Source of the DNA: Owenia fusiformis
Taxonomy: Eukaryota
DNA: 64,000 nt
Reading direction: 5' to 3'
Assembly (NCBI GenBank): GCA_903813345.2
Contig: CAIIXF020000001.1
Coordinates: 37,510,001-37,574,000, forward strand
Made by a program: the position numbers and the translations under genes. Of the stretch, positions 49,001 through 62,804 are shown one piece after another. The number at the start of each line of letters is the position of its first letter. Within the stretch, counting starts at the first letter, position 1. A model generated the notes under the pieces. That model did not search any database. It was not told the origin of the DNA and worked only from the letters and a program-made list of their open reading frames with translations.

Positions 49001-52000
49001 AATTGATTTGACAATGGAATATCTGGGTAACTCATTCAAAACGCACTATGATAATCGTCTGTAGAAAATGTTCCTGATGCAGCGAACGCAAACGGAAAAC
49101 TCAATATTATTATAAGATATTTAAAACAACTGTATTAAGATATCCAACTCAATCAACTAAGCTAGCATTAGCGAAATCATCTGATAGCTGTCGACTGGCG
49201 ACTTGACCGTCATGTCATGGCTAACTTATTTAAATATGAATAGGAGCATATATGTTCTATTCATATTTGAACGAATTGGACACAAAATAGCGATTAAATC
49301 GCGGTCAAATCGTTAGCCGACAGCTCACAATCATTCGCCTCTCAAAGATTTAAATTTATTTCAATATCTCAAAGATGGAAGATTTAGATGTCGACTGACG
49401 GGTGTCGATTTGATTGCTAGTTTGTGGCCAACTCATTTAGATATGAATACTTACAAATGAGTTGGTACAATTTAAATGAGTTGGCCACAAAATAAAAGTT
49501 AAGCTTGAATTCGAAAAATGCACCTTTCGGCTGTTGGCTATTATATCGTGATTAACCTATTATTTTTTGTGCAACTCAACTCAACTCACACAATTCCATT
49601 AGGTTTTAAATGAGTTGGTCATAAAATAATAGTATTAATAGTATTATAATCCGGTAGCCGATAGTTACATTGGCGAATATAAGCTTGACTATACAGGGTG
49701 GTAAAAAAATGGAAACCCTTGCACCATATGCATTTTCCTCATATATTTGTCATTTTAAGAAATAACTTACTCCTGGTATTTTGCACATTTGTACATCATT
49801 CAATTTCCTACCAACCTACTTTATTTCATGTCCATCAGATTGATAGTCACAATGTTACAGCACTTTACAGAATATGCACTAGTGGCCACTATTGAGCTGC
49901 CGGGCCACCTGCACTCGCCGTCCAAAATGTCCCTACCTGTAGGGATATGGCAAGGAAAAAGTGTATGAGAATGACCTCAGGACAATCAAAAACCTCAAAA
50001 GTGAGATCATCCGTATCATTCAGGCCATACCTGCTGAGAAATGCATTGGCAAGTGTGCAGGTTTGCCTACAGCGCGATGATGACCAAACTTGAAGCATGT
50101 TATTCAAAATGCTGTAAAATTGTGACTATCAGTCTGACGGTCATGAAATTTAGTAGGGTGGTAGGAAATTGAATGATGCACAAATGTGTGAAATATCAGG
50201 GAGTAATTATTTAGAATGACAAAGATATTAGGAAAATGCAGGGTTTCCAGTTTTTTTGACCACCCTGTATATACTAATCTAGTAGTCTTTCTCCTGAGAT
50301 GAATGCAATGAGTTCTTAGTCCTTGGTAGTACTGTCCTTATTATATGAACACTAGAATTGTCAAAAGAATGACGCTATTTGCCACAGGTATTGGATGATT
50401 AAAAATGTACTACATACTATTGAAGGCATGTTCTATTTTCACGTGTCAAATCACTTTTGAAATTGAAATAGAATTCAAAAGCAGGCATGCAGGTGTTTTT
50501 GTAATCTGACCTATTTCCTAAATCAATTTCACCGAACCTAAACTTAACCAGTGATGAGTGACTTTTCATAAAGGAAAGGACTCGTTTTTCTCAGCAAACA
50601 GTAAGATTTACCTGGCAAATTCAAAGTATATTCCAACTTAAATCCTTTACGACGAGTTTGACCACTAGCATAGTCACTTCTGAATAGTACAACGGCCTCA
50701 TTGTCCTCAGATATCATAGGTTTTGGATTTTTGTCTAGTTCACAACAGAACCTTAAATAACAGTATTATCATGTCATTTGATGCACATAAATACCGGATA
50801 TTGCTGTTGTCGTTACCTCTTTCTCATCAAAATAAAACTAAGATTACAATAAAAAATGTATTGTCTATGCTTCCATTCACTTATACCAATGGATTGTTGT
50901 ATGGTTAGGATAAATTATAGTATCTCTTATTTGTTATGGTCCATTCGTTACCTTGGGCCTGCGAGACCCAGCTCTTTATTGTATTTTATCTCGACCCAAT
51001 GATAACAAACATCACGTAAGCAATAGACGTTGAAGTCGTCCACGAATCGCAAAACAATTTTGCAGCCTTTTGGTGCCTGTAAGTAAAAGTAAGAATATAC
51101 CCGTAAGTAGCTTGGTCGTTAATTAAATATTCAATGGTAAAACATTAAAATTAATAAACTGAAGTACACCATGCGTCATTTTAGTACAGCCCTGGCTGCA
51201 TACAGGGTGGGAAAAACGTCAATATTTTTTATTTGGCAATTTCTTTTCATTAGCAAGAACCGCTATCCATCTACATATATCGATATACATATGAGCTGAT
51301 ATCAATGACATTTAATGTGTGGTGTTTTGATGACATCGCAGCTAGAAATCATGACCATGCGCGCGGTATACATTGATGAAATGGCTTGCTTATTCTTAAA
51401 AACACCTTAATGATTGGATTTTCAATATGAACTCGAATTACAGCACATTTCGATTCAAATTCAGCATCTTCTATCCTGTACTCAGGATGAACAGACCAAG
51501 TTCAGAAGCTTCAAAATTGTTTGAAATAAAGAGGTGTTTTGAGAAGTAATAACTAGGTTTTTATGTCTGTAAGTGCATTATACATTTATACCATCTGGAT
51601 CAAATAGGAACCATAAATACCTATAAATGAAATTGATCTCCGCGTTAAAATTGCATATCTCAATAAAAGTTTTGCGCTGGGACTTGAAAATCTGTTCAGA
51701 TCTACGCCAACACGCATGCACAACTTTTCAACAGTGTCAAAATTTGGATTTGGATTGTAATGAAATAGACTGTACACGCTTTTTTCTTATTTACTTGATT
51801 TACGTGATTAAAATGTAATATTTCCACTAAGCCAGATTATATTAGAATGATGACTATATATTTTGAAGGCATTCTATTATGAGGCATTTTAAAAGTTTAT
51901 TTCATCCAATGAGAATCATTACAATGTTATTTTTCTTCGATTTCTCCCAAACATTTTCAAAATCGATTTCATTCGCCACAATCTTGGCTCAGAAGCATTT

Positions 52001-55000
52001 TACAATTTCAACACATCCAATGGGAATCATTAATGTTATTTTTCTTCAATTATTTTCACAAATATCTTCAAAGTCGATTTCATATATGTGTTATCCATGT
52101 AATGAAATACTTTGCATAACTATATATGCATATACGATATAACACATAGCTGTATCCTCCAACACAGAGATTTAATTAACACTGTAGAAGCATCACATTT
52201 TTGAAACTGCACCAAAATGCTTCGATTACCTTTTAAATGACAGACAACAAAAATGTCATACAAAATATTGTTATTTCGATGTTTAAGTCGGACCCGCAAA
52301 TATTTGGTATCCTCCAAATATTCAAATATCATCTATGCACATATCTGATTTTGTATTGTTGAAATCCAATGTAGTATTCAAATGATTGTCATATGAATTC
52401 TGAATTACATCTAATGTGTTTGTAAATTGCATCATGCGTTAATTATGTGTCGGAGGATACACATATTTGACAAATCGTAAAACCATTATAAAACGTATCC
52501 TACTTTATTTATACGAGATATTAACAACCCCCCTTTCGAATGTTCACATACATATCTTATTACATGTTACCGAATATCGACGCAGTTGATGTATTATGTT
52601 ATGTAGTCCGAATTTATAGGTTAAAAATAAGCATTGTTTTCAAAATATATCTCATTATCATGTTTAGCAGTTGTGTTAGCAACAAAATGTCGTTAATGTA
52701 AACAAACATGTTGCAGTCTTGAGTACATTAACAACATTTGATGTCAATTATCGTAAAAAGACCCAGATACACTCACAATGATTCTCCAATTACAGTGCTG
52801 AAAATCTTGATAATGGATTGGATAGTTTGGTGAGGTTATTGTCTGGACATCTGCGGTAGCATGTAAGAAGCCACTGCATTCCGCTGCCGTAAACAATAAA
52901 GATGCATGTTAGTTCAAGATAAGCTTACAAATTATCAAAAGAATAGAAAATGTTTGATTTACTTATTGTTATCATATCTTATTTATATTCCATCGTTTTA
53001 CCTGGTATTCCGCTCTCGACACCATTACAATACCTCCCTCCAAAACCATCAGGACACACACACTGTTGACAGTTATTCGGATCAACATAACCGCCCCATT
53101 TACAACTCTTACCAACAGGCAATGGTCTGCAAACCACTACAATGTGAATTTTGATATTCGTTTGATATCCAAATTATTGAATATGACATCATTCCGTAAC
53201 TGAAGACAACATGGATCTACTCAAATCTTGAAGATGTAAATCGCCTTGCATATTGTAAATGACCAATGACTCATTTCTAAACTATATTATGGACTGTTTA
53301 AACATCGAGTTTCAGTTTAACAAGATTAGATATCTTGAGAACGATCTGTCAAACATTTAAAAATGAAGAGTTTTACTAGGGCCGATCAAATAGTTTCTTA
53401 CCGTTGGCTCTCGATTTTATAATAAGAGGAGATGGATTCTCAAACCTAAACATGAGAAAGGATAATACGTTTGCTTGAAACTGTACGAGTTTCATATAAA
53501 TTGGTTTATTGGTAGTGACACAGAGTCAATGCATATTTTCAATGACTAGGTCAGGTGGAGCAGCGTTATATATAAAATATCAGCTGAGTTGTGGTTCTGG
53601 AAATTTACTGACATCGTTTACAACCTCTCATACGAAGGCCTTGAACTTGTGTTTTGGATTGGGTAGACATATATATAGGAAGTGCATTGCAACTGCATTG
53701 CATTGCAACTGCATGCATATTTTGAAGGAAAATGAATATTAGCATAACAACTACTTTAACATGATTACTACTACAGTCCATTGACAGATGACACTACTTA
53801 GTGTTAGAAATTTCCAAAACAGCTTTTAGTACAATTCTTATATGAAAAACGCTGCTCCACCTAACTTAATCATTGAAAATGTGTTTTGTCTCTGTGTCAC
53901 TACCAATGAACCAATCTAAATGAAATTCAGACAGTTTCAAGCAAACTTATTACCCTGTCTCATGTTAAAGTTTGAACACGTTCAAAGTTATGACCTCTGC
54001 CACACGGGCTAACTTAATTCAGATTTGAGCTGTACTGTAATTAGAACAAAATAGAACTTTTGTTTAATCTTACATCCGCAATATGCAGTATTTGCAGTTT
54101 TAATATCAGCGAATGACAGCCCCGTCCTCTGTCCCATAGAGCTCTGGTAAAGGTCGTCTAATGCTTTTATTGTAATGCCCTCATTTTTACTAAACGCCTA
54201 GGAAATGTTAATTGAAAGATTAATGGTATTATTTGTATTATGTATTGCGTCAAATCATTGATGTCATCATACATCCATACGCGACTCGCTTTTAATGTAT
54301 TGTTTTTGCTTCGTAGTGGGCATCGAGGGTAGTTTTGCAGTGATACCATTTTTGGGACATTTCCATTTTCTACGTCGGGCTACTTTGATTCAAACATCAA
54401 TGATTCCATCATCAATGAAAAATACTACAATAAATATAGATTCAAAGTCATCATACTATTCCGCTAGAGGTGTGTCATCGACTCTATTGTGAAATATTAG
54501 ATTTCATTAAATCTATATTCACACATTACATAGATAGGCAAGGTGTGTCTGATTCAAGCCAATCCGAACAGAGTATTCACATAATGAACAGTGTGTGAAA
54601 AGAATTTAAGTCCAAGACTCAATGCACTGTAGCTGCTTCATTCCACTCAGATGTTGTTTCCTAAACTTTGCATTATTTCCCCTGCGGGGTCATGCAAAGA
54701 TATGGAAACAACATCTTCGTGGAATGGTTCAGCACATAATGCATGGAGTCCGAAGCTTAAATCTTTAAGCATCTATAGCACTAACGTACTAAAATTGACT
54801 CTGTATCAATTAATTTGTGCTATACATTTATGAATTGCATATCTAAGAATACTAGAATATAGAATTTCACTAATTAATTGCACCTGTCCAAGCATCTATT
54901 CCTTCTACGAATCTAAACAGGGGACAATTTATCATATTAATATCTGACTTTTGTAATGATTTAATTGTATTCTATTGTATTCGACATTACGCAATAAATA

Positions 55001-58000
55001 GTATTGAAAAGGGAGACATGTGAGACAAAATGTCAAATGCTGTAATGCCCTTAATTGTAATTTCTAATCACATGAATGTTCATAGAAGGTGGTACAATTA
55101 TTTGTAAGCAAATCTAGAACAAAGACAATTATATGAATTTTTGAATTCAAATATAGCAAAACTTCTTTCAGGCCCATGAACAAACGAATGACTCATGCGA
55201 TATATTCTACCGACGAGGACAATGTCAATCGACAACAAGTTATAATTCATGCAAATCATGCGAAGTGTATTTCAAAAGTGAATGTGGTACCTTGCCATGA
55301 TAATGCATCACAGACGAATAATCATACTCGACACCATATGCCTCACTTTGAATATCCGGCACCTTTAGGAAATTATTTTCTTTCATAGCCTCTATGTTGC
55401 CAGTGTTTATCCTCACCTAAACACAATGAATGACAATGCAAAGGCAATACAGTCCAACAAAAATGCGTTCAAATTACAACATATTACAGCATATGCACAT
55501 ATGGCCAATACTCATTAGCAACATTTAATTTGTATGAGTGTGCCTGCCCTGCAAACTCTCCAAAAACAGCATACTTCTGTCTTCCAAGCCAGGCAGCGTC
55601 AAATATATGGTACAAGCAAGCAAATACAAGGACACACAGCATCATCAATCACTTATGACATGCATGTCTTGGCATATGCTTCTGCATGTCTGCCCAATAT
55701 GATACCTTCTGATGGTAGTGCATCACTGATCCATAATCGTAAGGAACAACTAATGGTGCTACAAACTTTGACGGGGTCTTCTCAAAGTTAGAAACAAATT
55801 TCTGCTCTACATTTCCTAATCTTATCTCTACCTGTAATGGTAAACGATTATTTTGCAACGTTGGTATCCAGCTTTGAAAAGTAACTTATTCTAAAAGGAT
55901 AATGTGTTGTTAAAAGGAAAAGATGAGTACAATCAAATTGTCATTAATGTTTTATAATGCTTTTTTACATAATTAGTACTATGCCTTGATCATTATGATA
56001 ATTAACTAATACATAACTGTTTGCTCATTTGATATTTGACATATAATGTTTTATAATGCTTTTTTACATAATTAGTACTATGCCTTGATCATTATGATAA
56101 TTAACTAATACATAACTGTTTGCTCATTTGATATTTGACATTAAACATACTTTATGTATTTGCAATGAATATGCATCATTTACATGTAGGTCCACATTAT
56201 TTCAATTTTATAGTTTTATAAGTATAGTACTACGACCAAGGCCATTTGTGTCCAAAACACCTAGATTCAATTTGACTTTAGATTCGTGTAGGGGACCCCA
56301 TCTAGTATTGGTTAAGTTATGCGTTAAACTGTGAGCTGTGCTTCTCTATTTTTTATTTGTTTAAACAGTGTTATGGTTTATGTTGGTGTCATCAAATTAT
56401 GTAATAGATATGTTATTCACGATTTGCATTTACTTACAAAATGATCTCGATCAGGTCGCGCTTGTTCATGCCAAAATCCCAAAGCGTGTCCTATCTCATG
56501 CTCCAATGTACCTGGCTTAAAACATAGGATAAAGATATTCAATCTATTTTCAGTTAATTTCTAAATCGTATTACGTTCATGATTAGAATTCTTACTTTCT
56601 CTATTAATATAGCCTAAACAGCTTGTTAACCTTTCCATAATGTTTTCCATATAGACCCATTACCATTCTTATCACCTGGTTTCATGCTTCAAATCACCAT
56701 TACGTGATAATATCACATTACCATCAATATTTAAAGACATAAACAAGTAGTCGTCAGAAAATAAAAACAACAGCCCATTCGTTTCTCTCCAAAAATTAAT
56801 TTAGACAATAAACTAAGATAACTAATAAATATAAACAAATAATAAGAAAATTGAATGAACGACCACTTTAACATTATTCATAAAATCATTATTTCTTAAA
56901 TCGTTATTTAAAAAATTGGAGGTGCGCATACATTCATACTTATACTCATATTCAAAATTATCCTCGAATAGAACTATTGTATCGCGTGCACTGCGTATTG
57001 CATGATATGTATATTATTTGAAAGTTAATTTGTTCTCATAATATGTACCAATATAAACTGATTGGATATGATTATTCCAAACCTGCTGATATGATGTAAA
57101 CTATTTATATATATACAGGGTATGCCAAAAAAGTACCATTCATAACATTATGGTATTGACATAAAAAGATTTAAAGAAACTTGAGGAGAGGTATATTTTA
57201 CCATTCAAATACTTAAGCTAATACTGACTTCAATTTTTTTCATTAGATCTTTGAATATCAATGGTAAATGGTTCATGTGTCCTAAGATTTACTTACTACA
57301 ACATGCGATCAACAATAGCACATTCATTATATTCACTTTCGAGTGCAAGCGCTAATTTAGCTGCCATTTTAATTTAAGACATTTATGATATTTTTTATAA
57401 TTTGTCAGGATCGACTAAAATCTAGATTTTGCCTACTAAGTTTTGACCATGGAATTCATGTATATTGCTTTGATTTGTATTTATAAAACTGATGTAAACC
57501 AAACCTTATCATTCAAAATTAAACTTTTTAAAAATCTTTACTTGATTTGTCGTGTTGATTGTTTGAAATTGTTGATTGGAGGCTAAGATGGAATAACAGA
57601 GAAACAGCCTTGTAATTAACATTCTGTAATATCCTCTTAACTTTCTTCATTCATTTCACCACTCTGTTCAAATCTTTGTCCACTTTGTGTTTTCAACATT
57701 CATATCTATTTAAAGAGGACAGCACCTTACAGATAGTCAAGAAATCATTTTTACTCTAATAAACTCAAATTCGATCCAATTGCCATGAACGTTCAACTTA
57801 CCATGCTACCTTTTGTTTGTTGGTTCGGACTTGTTTGTTGGTTGTACGGGTTGCTTTGTTGTAGTTAATAAGTTAATAATGTAGTTGATCGTATTAATTG
57901 ATTGATTGGGTAGCCTGTACGTGGCAGTTTCAGAATTGAAGCTCCGAACTTTTACAGTTTACAGTACACATCGATAGGAAGCAAAATCACATTACTCTAA

Positions 58001-61000
58001 ATGTGTTTTGTTTTACTTTGGTACGTTTGAAAAACTAAAAAGCATAAAATAAAAGCGGAAGCCTAATATAAATTACATAAATCAACATTAAACGTCCATT
58101 CCTAATAGGGACAATAACTTCGCTTAGTTATAGGAAATAAATATAACTTTTTGAAAGATATTAGAATATATAAAGCAAGATATTATCTCCTGACCTGTTC
58201 AATGCAACTTTCTGCAAAATTGACAGGTTGCGGAATTGTAATCCGTTGTCGTCCTATGTATGAGAAGCACTGCCTGTGTAAGTAAACACAACTCTAGAAT
58301 TAGAGACCGGGGCTTATTGTCGGAAGAACAACATCATGTTAGCAGCCCCCCCATCTTAAATATAAACCATGTCTTAACAATGGCACACATTGTTTTCGTT
58401 TTTGTCAAGTTACGCATATCATACACCATCAGACAACACAACATAGAGTCAATTTAGACAACAGTATACACATTGTACATACTATATGGTTTGTATTCGA
58501 GAGCCAATGTGTTATTTTAAAATCATTCTGCTATGGCACGGTGTCCAACCCAAACGCTCTTAAACGCTCCGTCGTGCATGTAAGAGCGTTTGGGTTGGAC
58601 ACCGTGTATGTGCTATTCTAATGTCGATGTATACTCCTGCTGATCAATTCAAAATATATGTAAACAACATACTTTTAAATACATGATGCGAAACATCATG
58701 GCTCTCACACACAGTTTTGTTATATTGGTCTAGAAAACATGAACTACGAAAGAGCCACGGACAAATGATCAACTCATCACCAATGGGTGGAGGGGGGGGG
58801 GGGTATATCCATATGGTTACACCTTGAATATATTTTGTGCCAATATAACATAACGTACGACGATGTAGACTACAATATCAAGAAGCCTAAGATTATTGCA
58901 TACGATGATAACATCATACCGCTGCTATGCACCTATCTTCAAAATTAATTGGTTGTGGAACGAATCGTCTTTGACGCCCAATGTATGAAAAACAACCCCT
59001 GAAAATCACAATACATCTAAACGTTCTGGCAACGAATTCAGGATTCATTGACATGAGTATTAGACAGAGTTGGCCAATGTGTATATCTTCCATCCACACT
59101 GACTAATACAGAAAGAATACAATATGATCTATGGCAACTTACGGATCTAGATTAGTAAACGATATAAATGGTGACTTGGGATCATCATCTCCAACGGATA
59201 ACTCTTTAAATCGTACACATGTTGTATTTTCCCATTTATAGATGGCCTTACGAATAGCTGCCTTCCACCTCTCACCTAGATAAATGTAACATGAACATTC
59301 ATTGGGACTATCAAGGCTCCGCTGACATCGTGAGCAATGAGCTCATGTTAGAAGCGGGGCCTTGAGAGATATGATAAAATTGAAATATTAAATTTACTAT
59401 TGAACTTTACTATGTGAAACTCAGTACAACTTTATTTCATAGTACACCGACTATTTCATTTGTAGGGCAGCGACGTTTTTCAACTATAACTATTTTTTAT
59501 CATAGCTCTCAAGCCCCTCTTCTAACATGAGCTAATTGCTCGAGATGTCAGCGGGAACTTGCTCGCGATATACGGGGTCTGGATAGTCACAGTGACATTG
59601 AACTATACTTTAGTCAGTTGAACACTGTCTACCAAAAAGAACGACAGCAAAATTCTTGATTTAAGAATTTTTCACCAAATCTCAAAGGACTGCGAATTGT
59701 TTGTAGAATGAATCTATGAGATTTTTCATGCATTTCGCTTGTGTTTTTCATCTAAAAACATCAATACACTTTAAAACATTACAAGAATAGAACTTCGCCA
59801 CCGAATAACGCATTTAATGAGAAAAGAACGCAGTTCAAAACTTCAAACGTCTTAAAATAACGTTTGAAAACACACTTGACTTTAACTTGTATGATGCATT
59901 ATTGCAAGGTGCGAAGTTAGTGATCACAACAAACGGCGTGCAAAATAGACTAAATGCGAGTAGAAAATATCTTGATTTATGTCATTAAATATTCAAATGT
60001 AGTCAAAGTGATATCATATTTGAAAACTACATATACACATCATGTGTATATGTAGTTTTCATGTCATGATACATGTTAAATTACATCTAGAAATGTGGTT
60101 CTAAGAAGTGTTTATCAACTTTGAAAACTTAAAATGTTCTTTGAAAATGTGACTTCGAGGTTGGGGAGATTCCCCTATATACCATGTTATAAAATTGCAA
60201 AAGTGAAATATATATATATTTTATATTGGACAGATAATATTTTCTTTTACTGAAAAGTGAACCACTAAAACTGAATAATATTCAATTTTAATTGAACTTT
60301 CTATATAATACCATGCTAATACTACCCCAAATTATCCACCTGGTGGTGGTTTTGTGCAGATTATTCAAACATTTTAATGGTTATTGATAACCACAGTGTC
60401 GAACTAGAAAAAGCATGTCCATAGTTTGAGACCTGCAAACCGTTCCCTTAGAAATATGAAATGATTGATATCAAGGTTGTGTACGATTGGCATCAATGAT
60501 AATTAATACATTATATTATTTATATTAATATACATCACAATGATTACCTGTTTTCCTGCCTGCTGTACTTACCGCCGTTTTCTGGCATATAGTTGAACTT
60601 ATATTTTATTGGAAACGTCCATTTACTCTGTTTGAATATCTTAAAAGGTATAACTTTTCTTTTTGGTCTGTTTCGATGTTTGCTTGATTTGAGTGTTTCT
60701 TCTATCATTGTAGCTTGCTCTAGGCTCAGGAGAATATCTCCGTCATACATCATATTGTCCTTATCCAATGCATCCTAGACAAAGCCATATTTTTACAAAA
60801 AGACCTGTACTGTGTAGCAAATGCCATATTGGATTAGAAGATTGAGGTCGCACAATACACAAAACTACACATCGTCCAAATCAGTCTAAGCTATCGTCAT
60901 AAAAAATACAATCAGATAACAAAGGAAGGATTAAAACGGCGAAGAATCTCAAGATTTCACACCTGAGATGCCAATCTATTTCTGAAAATTATCAATTATC

Positions 61001-62804
61001 CTAAAAGCTAGGCATTTTGTATGACAAGAAGAGTACAATACAAAGTACAGTTTTCTTTCCTACGCCATCTTTTAAATATTGAAATTCTCATTTTATTTTA
61101 TGTACCATCATAACGATCACAAAGGTTTTTTCATTATGAAGTTATTAAAATAATGCAATTGATGCTAATGAGGCATATGAGATTATCCAATATTGGATAT
61201 AGACTTTTTATATGCACTTTTAAAACCATATTCCCTCTGAATTTTCATCATAATGAGAGTTTTTCATGTGATTTTAAGAGATTTGCACTTTTTACCTCGA
61301 ACGACTAACTTTTCTTTCTTTTTAATAGCATATTTGAATTCAATTTTCCACAATAATAATTTCCCATAAATTAAAAAAAACTTTGGCAAATCTCTGGCAT
61401 TGATGGAATGATTACATCAATTCACTTCAATGTTAAAAGCTTGCAATAGTCACTTACAGGGTGTCCGGAAAGTAAAGATACAAATACTCTAATTTTAAGA
61501 GATTTAGTGTTTTGGTAATGAAAACGCTACAGATTGTAGAGGAACTACATTACAATACATCTACCAACTTTTATAACATATAGTCTAAATCTGTTAAAGT
61601 TACGGTTGTCATGGTTATGATGGTGAGGGGTATGCGGAGCAGTTCCAGGATATCGCTAAATTGTGATAAATTGCTCAAATATAACCATTTGAAAGAGTGT
61701 TTATTATTGTATTTCTTATCAGTTTTTTGTTTTGTTCAATACTGTATTTTTACTGCCATAGTATTCTCTTTAGTATAACGATATCATTGATACATATCAG
61801 AACTATGTAATGTCACAAGTATAATCAAAGAAAAAGAGCATATAAGTGCTTAGAAAAAGGGTCCCTGGATTAATAGGAAAGTCAATAGTGCATCTCCACA
61901 GTCAATGCACAAAGCAAAGAAAACAAATCTTACAATTGAATGTCTTGACATTAACCTTTTTGTACAATGGTCCACATTTCCCTGATAATGTCCCGTTGAA
62001 CTTCTACATTAATGAATATGTTCCTCAAATATGCAATATTTGTGAGAAGTTCAACATAAAAATGAGACTCGGCTGGAAGCCAATGTTATCAGCAATCTTA
62101 GAGACTGACAGCAAAGGTTTTGTCAGGTCTTTGAATCTCCGGTCAAAATACAAAAAGAATGTTTAGATAAAGGTGGAAAATATATATACTGGATAACAGT
62201 AGTAATGTCAAATGATTAAATAATATTACAGTTCTAATCATTTTGCTGTTGTGGTACACAATTTGATGCATAATACCAACAGACGGCAGAGTGTCAAGAT
62301 GATATGAACAGGAGAAAAGAATTATAAAACATAATTGTGACGTTGCTCCACATACCCGCGACTCCTGTTACCATAGCAACCATAACTTTTTTATTTTTAA
62401 ATAATTTGTCATGACAGTTGCAGGATAAATTGTTACAATGTCATTCTACAATCTGTAGCAATTAGATCTCACAACATGTAAACCCTATGAAATTAGAGCA
62501 TTTGTATCTTTACTTTCCGGACACCCTGTAATTCCATGATTTCTCAAAAAGTAATGGTTTAATCTGTCTAAACTCGAATGAGATACTTTGGGATGACCCT
62601 GTCAATGTACCTGTTGTGGTTAATCATGAAATTTTTGATTGACAAACCCAAAAATCAAGGTTTTAAGAATCTTAGCATTCCATCAATAAGAGCAAATCAA
62701 TGTACTCACGGGAGAAATTGGGGTTAAGCCATACTTTGCATTGGCTAATATTTCTATTTCTTTCAGTTTCTTCTTCAAAGCTTTTCTTTCTTGTGGAGAC
62801 ATAC
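46015..62804 (-). CDS. Astacin-family (M12A) zinc metalloproteinase, NAS/BP10-like: prodomain-astacin-EGF-CUB-Thr/Pro-rich-Cys-TSP1-Cys; 5'-partial, 18 exons, ~719 aa in window
   Basis: [19 protein letters not shown] zinc motif, YDYGSVMHY Met-turn, YDGDI prodomain motif, RPKR furin-type site, [47 protein letters not shown]1 [15 protein letters not shown]. All introns GT-AG with consistent phases to a TAG stop at 46015. Confidence 0.93.
46130..46315. mobile_element. Small MITE
   Basis: TIR cagtggcggatcc / ggatccgccactg; related GC-rich fragments near 38636-38945. Confidence 0.7.
46877..47049 (-). CDS. Astacin exon (Cys module and acidic tail)
   Basis: [23 protein letters not shown]...[14 protein letters not shown]|gtatga. 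Confidence 0.82.
47192..47305 (-). CDS. Astacin exon (TSP1 end, Cys module)
   Basis: [38 protein letters not shown]|gtaagt. Confidence 0.86.
47548..47650 (-). CDS. Astacin exon (TSP1)
   Basis: [33 protein letters not shown]|gtatg. Confidence 0.9.
48024..48129 (-). CDS. Astacin exon (Cys-rich module)
   Basis: [35 protein letters not shown]|gtcagt. Confidence 0.8.
48611..48765 (-). CDS. Astacin exon (Pro/Thr-rich, start of Cys module)
   Basis: [10 protein letters not shown]...[25 protein letters not shown]|gtatg. Confidence 0.8.
48861..48974 (-). CDS. Astacin exon (Thr-rich linker)
   Basis: [38 protein letters not shown]|gtaagt. Confidence 0.85.
49694..50267. mobile_element. Tc1/mariner-derived MITE with long TIRs
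   Basis: TA|cagggtggtaaaaaaatggaaaccc ... gggtttccagtttttttgaccaccctg|TA. Confidence 0.85.
50612..50751 (-). CDS. Astacin exon (CUB part 3)
   Basis: [46 protein letters not shown]|gtaaat. Confidence 0.92.
50952..51076 (-). CDS. Astacin exon (CUB part 2)
   Basis: [42 protein letters not shown]|gtaac. Confidence 0.92.
52777..52883 (-). CDS. Astacin exon (CUB part 1)
   Basis: [35 protein letters not shown]|gtgagt. Confidence 0.93.
53002..53136 (-). CDS. Astacin exon (EGF-like)
   Basis: [44 protein letters not shown]|gtaaa. Confidence 0.93.
53440..53975. mobile_element. Fold-back/MITE with ~130-bp imperfect inverted arms
   Basis: gtttgcttgaaactgt...ttggtagtgacacagag...aggtggagcagcgtt is mirrored by aacgctgctccacct...ctctgtgtcactaccaa...acagtttcaagcaaac. 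Confidence 0.75.
54074..54197 (-). CDS. Astacin exon (end of catalytic domain)
   Basis: [40 protein letters not shown]|gtaag. Confidence 0.94.
55706..55831 (-). CDS. Astacin exon (Met-turn)
   Basis: VEIRLGNV...[13 protein letters not shown]|gtatc. Confidence 0.95.
55945..56141. repeat. Essentially perfect ~99-bp tandem duplication
   Basis: taatgttttataatgc...gatatttgacat occurs twice in tandem. Confidence 0.9.
56438..56515 (-). CDS. Astacin exon (zinc-binding motif)
   Basis: [26 protein letters not shown]|gtaagt. Confidence 0.96.
58920..58998 (-). CDS. Astacin exon (catalytic domain)
   Basis: [26 protein letters not shown]|gtatg. Confidence 0.92.
59143..59275 (-). CDS. Astacin exon (catalytic domain)
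   Basis: [24 protein letters not shown]...FISFTNLD|gtaagt. Confidence 0.92.
59320..59594. mobile_element. Small fold-back MITE
   Basis: gctgacatcgtgagcaatgagctcatgttagaag is mirrored by cttctaacatgagctaattgctcgagatgtcagc. Confidence 0.7.
60573..60774 (-). CDS. Astacin exon (prodomain end, activation site)
   Basis: [21 protein letters not shown]...RPKRKVI...[10 protein letters not shown]|gtaagt. Confidence 0.9.
61457..62528. mobile_element. Tc1/mariner-type non-autonomous element
   Basis: TA|cagggtgtccggaaagtaaagatacaaat ... atttgtatctttactttccggacaccctg|TA. Confidence 0.88.
62710..62804 (-). CDS. Astacin exon (prodomain)
   Basis: tacag|[32 protein letters not shown]|gtgagt; phase 0 fits the next exon. 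Confidence 0.65.
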
